Origin: Bryobacterales bacterium
GTDB taxonomy: Bacteria; Acidobacteriota; Terriglobia; Bryobacterales; UBA6623
Length of the DNA stretch: 64,000 bases
Direction of reading: 5' to 3'
Assembly (NCBI GenBank): GCA_963422375.2
Contig: OY729427.2
Span: 576,001 to 640,000 of the forward strand
Shown here: one piece after another, positions 59,080 to 64,000 of the stretch
Numbering within the stretch: position 1 is the stretch's first letter
How the letters are laid out: each line of letters opens with the position of its first letter
The notes under the pieces: generated by a model
Seen by the model: only the letters and a program-made list of their open reading frames with translations
Told to the model about the DNA's origin: nothing
The model's database searches: none
Made by a program: the position numbers and the translations under genes

Positions 59080-61590
59080 CTAGCTGCGGAACAGAAACTC
59101 GCTGGAAGCGAAAACCGCATGGCAGTAGCGCGCCCACGCACCGTCGCGGCCCAGGTCGGCCTCGGTATCGCGCAGGTAGGACCTCGCGCGCGCCGTGTCC
59201 TCGGTCGAGACCGGACGGCCAAGGGCTCGGAGCAGGAACGCGCGCACGCGCTCCTCGTCGCTCGCGCTGTCGTCGGCGAGCAGGGCGCGGGCGGCCGCCT
59301 CCGCCCGTCTGATCAGGAACGGCGAGTTCATCAGGTATAGGGCTTGCGTCGGCACGGTGGTCACGTCCCTGCGGCCCCTGACCGTGTTCGGGTCCGGAAA
59401 ATCGAACAGATTCAGGACGTCGACCTCGGCCAGCTGCGACTTGCGCAGGGTCGGCAGGTACACCGTGCGGCGGTATCTGGCCGCGTCACCCAATTCCAAG
59501 TTGGCCTCCAGGAAGGGAGGCTGCCCCATGCGCACGCTTCCGCGCGAGTGCAGCGGCAGGCTGGGCCCGCCCGCGCGGCGGTCGAGCGAGCCGCTGACAA
59601 GCAGGACCGCGTCCCGGATCGTCTCCGCCTCCAAGCGGCGCCGATTCGAGCGCCAGAGCAGGCGGTTGTCCGGATCCGCCGCGGCCGCCCGCTCGCTGTG
59701 GGACGACGCCAGCGCGTATGTCCGCGAGAGCACGATCTCGCGTATCAGCGCCTTGACCGACCAGTCCAGCCTCTGCAGGCGAATGGCGAGATAGTCGAGG
59801 AGCTCGGGATGGGTAGGCCGTTCGCCGAGCAGGCCGAAGTTGTCGACGCTTGCCACGATGCCCGCCCCGAACAGGTGGTGCCAGATCCGGTTCGCCATGA
59901 CGCGAGGCGTCAGCGGGTTGCCGGGGTCGGCCAGCCACTCGGCAAGCTCCAGCCGTCCGCTGCTTTTCTGAAACCCGACGCCGATCAGCCGCCGGTTGGC
60001 GATCTTCGGAGTCGAGTCCACTGGGACCAGCGATAGGAATCCGCGCGGCACGGATTCGCCGAGATTGCGCGGGTTGCCGCCAAGGCAAACGCTGGCGTCC
60101 TGCGGCTCGGGATCGTCCGAGAGCGCGAGCGCCGTCGGAGGGGCCGGCTTGCCGTAGTACTGGATTCTCGCCACTTCAGTCTTCTCGGCCGCCACCTCCC
60201 GGCGGGCCTTGGCGAGGCGCTCCTTGAGGTCGGCGACCGGGGCGGGAGCGGATCCGCCGGCCTCTGCGGCCGCGACCCTCTCGCTCAGATCCTTCGCGAG
60301 GCGCTCGGCACGAGCCAGATTCTCGGCGGCACGGGTGCGGTCCAGCTCCCACCTCTGGAGGGCTTCGGATCGCTCCCTCAGTTCCGCGGAGGTCTCGGGC
60401 AGCTGCGTGCGGGCGACGTCGCTGAAGACCCCGGACATGCGCCCGTCCAAGGTCCGCGTGCTACGGAAGATGCCCGCCAAGGCGTAGTACTCGCGCGTCG
60501 GCAGGGGATCGAACTTGTGGTCATGGCATCGGGCGCAGCCGATTGTCAGGCCGAGGATCGAGCGGCCCAGGGTGTCGAGCTGGTGGTCTACGATGTCCAT
60601 GCGAAGCTGGACCTTGTCCTGGTCGACCAGCGCCCACGGCCCGATCGCGAGGAATCCCGTTGCGACGACCTGCTCGCGACGCTGCGCGTCGTCCCGGAAC
60701 TCCAGCACGTCCCCTGCGACCTGCTCTTTGACGAATTGGTCGTAGGCCTTGTCCGCATTGAACGAGTCGATGACGTAATCGCGGTAGCGCCAGGCATCCC
60801 GCGCCGGGATGCGCCGGCCCAGTCCCAGCGTGTCGGCGTATCCGGTGAGGTCCAGCCAATGGCGGCCCCAGCGCTCCCCGAAGGCCGGCGACGCCAGGAG
60901 GCGGTCGACGGCCGCCTCCAAGGCCGTGGCCGGATCGTGCCCCACGAGGTCCCGAATCTGCTCGGGCGTCGGAGGCAGGCCGGTCAGGTCGAGCGCTAGC
61001 CGGCGGAACAGGGCGTGGCGGTCGGCAGGCCCGACCGGCGAGAGGCCCGCTGACTCCAGCCCGGCCAGCACGAAGCGGTCGATCTCGCCAAGCGGCCAGC
61101 GGACTCCTTCGACCGCGGGCGCGACGGGCTCGCCTAGCGGCTGCCAGGCCCAGTGCCCGACTCTGTCGCCTGGCGCGACGGACGCGCTTTCCGCGGACTG
61201 CCAGGCCGGGGCCTCGGGCCACGGAGCGCCCCGATTCACCCATTCGACGAGGTCGCCAATTTCCTTCTCTGAGAGCTTGCCCGACGGAGGCATCGAGATG
61301 CGACCGGGCTCGTGCCGCACCGCCTGGATCAGGCGGCTTGCTCCGGGGTCGCCGGGCACGACCGCCGGGCCCGAGCGCCCGCCGCGCAGCAGCCCCTCTT
61401 CGGAGTCGAGATGCAGCTCGGCGAACACCGTCGGGGCTTGCGAGCTATGGCACTGGTAGCAGTGCCGGGCCAGCAGCGGGCGGACCTGACGTTCGAAGAA
61501 TTCGAACTGCTCCGATTCGGTCCCAGCGCCCTTGGCGAGCGGAGCGACGCATGCCGCCAGCGCCACGGACCAAGCGAGAACTCTTCTCAC
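59080..61590 (-). CDS. Planctomycete cytochrome c + PSD1 (DUF1549/DUF1553) protein
   Basis: CYQCH, DLTGLPPT, GERWGRHWLD, CARCHDHKFDP, RVMANRIWHHLFG, PTHPELLDYLA, QALYLMN. Confidence 0.92.
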   Translation of the reverse strand: MRRVLAWSVALAACVAPLAKGAGTESEQFEFFERQVRPLLARHCYQCHSSQAPTVFAELHLDSEEGLLRGGRSGPAVVPGDPGASRLIQAVRHEPGRISMPPSGKLSEKEIGDLVEWVNRGAPWPEAPAWQSAESASVAPGDRVGHWAWQPLGEPVAPAVEGVRWPLGEIDRFVLAGLESAGLSPVGPADRHALFRRLALDLTGLPPTPEQIRDLVGHDPATALEAAVDRLLASPAFGERWGRHWLDLTGYADTLGLGRRIPARDAWRYRDYVIDSFNADKAYDQFVKEQVAGDVLEFRDDAQRREQVVATGFLAIGPWALVDQDKVQLRMDIVDHQLDTLGRSILGLTIGCARCHDHKFDPLPTREYYALAGIFRSTRTLDGRMSGVFSDVARTQLPETSAELRERSEALQRWELDRTRAAENLARAERLAKDLSERVAAAEAGGSAPAPVADLKERLAKARREVAAEKTEVARIQYYGKPAPPTALALSDDPEPQDASVCLGGNPRNLGESVPRGFLSLVPVDSTPKIANRRLIGVGFQKSSGRLELAEWLADPGNPLTPRVMANRIWHHLFGAGIVASVDNFGLLGERPTHPELLDYLAIRLQRLDWSVKALIREIVLSRTYALASSHSERAAAADPDNRLLWRSNRRRLEAETIRDAVLLVSGSLDRRAGGPSLPLHSRGSVRMGQPPFLEANLELGDAARYRRTVYLPTLRKSQLAEVDVLNLFDFPDPNTVRGRRDVTTVPTQALYLMNSPFLIRRAEAAARALLADDSASDEERVRAFLLRALGRPVSTEDTARARSYLRDTEADLGRDGAWARYCHAVFASSEFLFRS

Positions 61591-62232
61591 ATCCCCTCCG
61601 CCGGCTTTCAGTCTACTTCCCTGAACCGCCCGAACCAGAGGGAATCCCGGACCGAGCCGGCGGATTCGGGGCGATTCAGGCCTCCGCGGCGGTCGCTTTG
61701 CGGGAGAAGGCCTGTCGCGTACCGCCGGCGCGCCGCGTGCGGCCCGAATCGGCATCCGGAAGGCGAGAAACGCCCGCGGGGCGCTCGCGAGGAGATGGCG
61801 GGACACGCCGCGCTTTACGGAATCGGCCTCGCCGGAGAAGGCAAGCGGGAGGACCGCCGGGCCCTCCTCCGTCAGATCCCTCCTCCCAGCCCGCACGCTG
61901 CGACTGGCAAGCGGCCCCGGCGGGACCGGCTTGATCAAACGGCGCGCAAGCGACCTGACCGAGAGGTAGACGGACCGCCGCGGAGTCGACGCCGGCCGCC
62001 CCGCGGCATTCGATCACGGCGGTAGCCCGCAATCGGCGAACCGGCGCCGGGACAGCGGAATCGAGAGGAGCGAGACCGCTTGGAAGCGGGGATGCCAGAG
62101 AAACCGTCGAATGATCGCCACGATGCTTGGCGGCTGCTGATCAACCCTCGGGCGCGCGGACGCGGCGAGGTCGCTTGCTGCGGGAAAGCGTTGGACGCGG
62201 AAACGGGCCAGCGCTTGGTAGCGGGCCCATCG

Positions 62233-63372
62233 CTAGTCCGAGCCGGCAGCGATGACATTCTCATACCAGTTGATGTTATTCGTGCGGGCCCCGATGCAGA
62301 CGAGGTCGGTATCGCCGTCGCCGTCAATGTCCGCCAGAGAGCAGCCCGCTGCCGAGATGCCTCCGTCATCGATTACCCGCCGATTCCAGCCGGACGGGCC
62401 GAACTTGTAGAAATACAGTGCTTGGGGCTGGCCCCGCATGCCGGCCACCACCTCGTCCGCCCCGTCCCCGTCCAGGTCTGCCACGTCCAGCACGTGCCCG
62501 TCTACGAACGTGTCGTCGATCACGGTCCGCGAGAGATACCCCCGCCCCTCGCAGCAGTACACAACCACCTTGTCGCCATGCCATGGCTCGATGGTGGCCA
62601 GAAAGCGCCCTCGAACAGAGCTGCCAACCCGCACCTCGCTCGCCCCGTCGTCGGGCCGCGACGCGATCGCGCCGTCAACGAGGCGCGCACGAACCCACCC
62701 TCCGGACTGGTCCGGGCGGAACCTGTCGATCCCGCCCATAGAGGCCGCGAGCACGGCAGGCCCGTCCCAGTCGGCCTCGCGCATCCCGTGGACGACGCCG
62801 TCCAAGTGGCGCGTGACGTACCGACGCTTCCAGTCCTCCGGCTCGTAGTACGCGAGGGGAGTGCCGCAGCGGAAGAACGGCTTGCGGCATCCGGGGCCGG
62901 CCAAGGGCGAGTTCAGCAGTTCGGGCGTACCGTCGCGGTCGAAATCCAGAAACCGCACCCTGTGCGTAGTCGGCAGGCGGTCGATCTCCCGGGCCGCCCA
63001 TGGCTGCGCGACGTCGCCCCGACTGCGGAGAATGTAGACCCGCCCCTCGCTAGTCTCGTCGGTCTGGTCGAAATGCGTGCCCAGCGCGATCTCTGGCACG
63101 CCGTCCCCGTCTAGATCCGCGGTGTCGAGCGTGATCATGCGTCGCATGCCGGAGACGACGGCTCGGCGCTTCCAGCTCGGATTCTCGTACCAATAGAGCG
63201 TGTCGGAGCGCTGGGAGAGGCCGATCACGTCCGGTCGGCCGTCTCCGTTGATGTCCGTCGTGCGAACCTGGTAGCCCGATGGCAGGTCGCTCTCGATGGA
63301 GTGCTGCCGGAACGGCGCCTCTTCCGCCGACAGGAGCAGTGGCAGCGCCAGCAGGAGGTGCGGTCCGCGCAT
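62233..63372 (-). CDS. FG-GAP / VCBS repeat secreted protein
   Basis: Signal peptide; DINGDGRPD, DLDGDGVPE, IEPWHG, DIDGDGDTD, WYEN. Confidence 0.88.
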   Translation of the reverse strand: MRGPHLLLALPLLLSAEEAPFRQHSIESDLPSGYQVRTTDINGDGRPDVIGLSQRSDTLYWYENPSWKRRAVVSGMRRMITLDTADLDGDGVPEIALGTHFDQTDETSEGRVYILRSRGDVAQPWAAREIDRLPTTHRVRFLDFDRDGTPELLNSPLAGPGCRKPFFRCGTPLAYYEPEDWKRRYVTRHLDGVVHGMREADWDGPAVLAASMGGIDRFRPDQSGGWVRARLVDGAIASRPDDGASEVRVGSSVRGRFLATIEPWHGDKVVVYCCEGRGYLSRTVIDDTFVDGHVLDVADLDGDGADEVVAGMRGQPQALYFYKFGPSGWNRRVIDDGGISAAGCSLADIDGDGDTDLVCIGARTNNINWYENVIAAGSD

Positions 63373-63497
63373 GGGCATATGGTCGCATGCGCGCCCCTCG
63401 CTTGAGTCGGTTCGGGGCCTTCTCCAGACCGGGACATGGCCAAGCGCCGGAGACACTGTAGCCGCCGCGGCGGGTCGGCGCCTCGCGAGCACAACGT

Positions 63498-64000
63498 CTA
63501 GTCCGCGTCCGCGATCCGGCCCGCCCACCCGACCGCCCGCTCGAGGATCGATGCGTAGTTCGGGTCGCTGTACGTCGCAGCCACGTGGCCCAAGGCGGAC
63601 AGGAAGGCTCGGCCCTCCCCCAACTCGCGGGTCCATATCACCGGGTGGTCCCCCATCGACAGGTCCCGGTCCATCCACAGTAGCTTCAGCCGCTGGTCGT
63701 ATGTCGACTCGTCGACCGAGGCGAGCACCTCGACGCCCGGCCGGCCGCGAAGACTGCGGTCGAACGAATACCACTCGTCGAAGTGCGCCCACGTCTCCTC
63801 CGCCCCCAACATGGTCGGGTGGTCGGTGCCTTCGACGCGAATCGTCGCCGTCTGATGGTCCAACGGATGCCCCGTGAACTGCATGCCGATAACTTCGCGG
63901 GAATACCATTCCCACGACCGGTGCGAATCGTCGACCGAAGCGTGGATCCCGACGAAGCCTCCCCCGGACTCGATCCAATTGCGCAAGGCCGTCCGCTGGG
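63498..64000 (-). CDS. ThuA-like domain protein; starts beyond the window
   Basis: GGGFVGIHAS, FTGHP, DEWYSF, MGDHPVIW, GRAFLSALGH. Confidence 0.88.
   Translation of the reverse strand, partial: QRTALRNWIESGGGFVGIHASVDDSHRSWEWYSREVIGMQFTGHPLDHQTATIRVEGTDHPTMLGAEETWAHFDEWYSFDRSLRGRPGVEVLASVDESTYDQRLKLLWMDRDLSMGDHPVIWTRELGEGRAFLSALGHVAATYSDPNYASILERAVGWAGRIADAD

Noticed and set aside
62233..63978. ThuA-FG-GAP fusion (581 aa)
   Set aside because: ThuA is in a different frame and stops at 63498; the FG-GAP gene has its own signal peptide from 63372
1..64000. CRISPR array, rRNA or tRNA (including tRNA-Sec)
   Set aside because: No spaced repeats or convincing cloverleaf/T-loop seen by eye; tRNAscan-SE or Infernal would be needed for certainty

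Overview
GC-rich (roughly 65-70% by eye) bacterial chromosome segment. Two ~1080-aa Oar-type TonB-dependent receptors, several FG-GAP/ASPIC-UnbV proteins, a PSD1/DUF1553-DUF1501 pair and a DUF3604 protein suggest an Acidobacteriota (Bryobacterales-like) genome, possibly host-associated; this is inference. Intact housekeeping and metabolic genes (thrS, trpA, chorismate mutase, tyrA, rsfS, maf, nuoB, msrB, acdS) alternate with eroding accessory DNA. The eroding DNA includes a PL8 lyase pseudogene, an Rpn nuclease, a prophage tail remnant, IS1380, IS1595 and ISAs1-type elements, two copies of a ~255-bp MITE, and a type II restriction-modification pair in which both genes are disrupted by insertions. 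The strongest unexplained signal is at 2963-6637. Two annotated ORFs there are one reading frame separated by a single TGA (4604-4606), followed 11 nt later by a 17-nt hairpin closely resembling the E. coli fdhF SECIS. This makes it a candidate secreted ~1224-aa selenoprotein (FG-GAP/ASPIC-UnbV/thioredoxin/TPR). No rRNA, tRNA or CRISPR array was recognised. All family calls are from motif recognition, not database searches.
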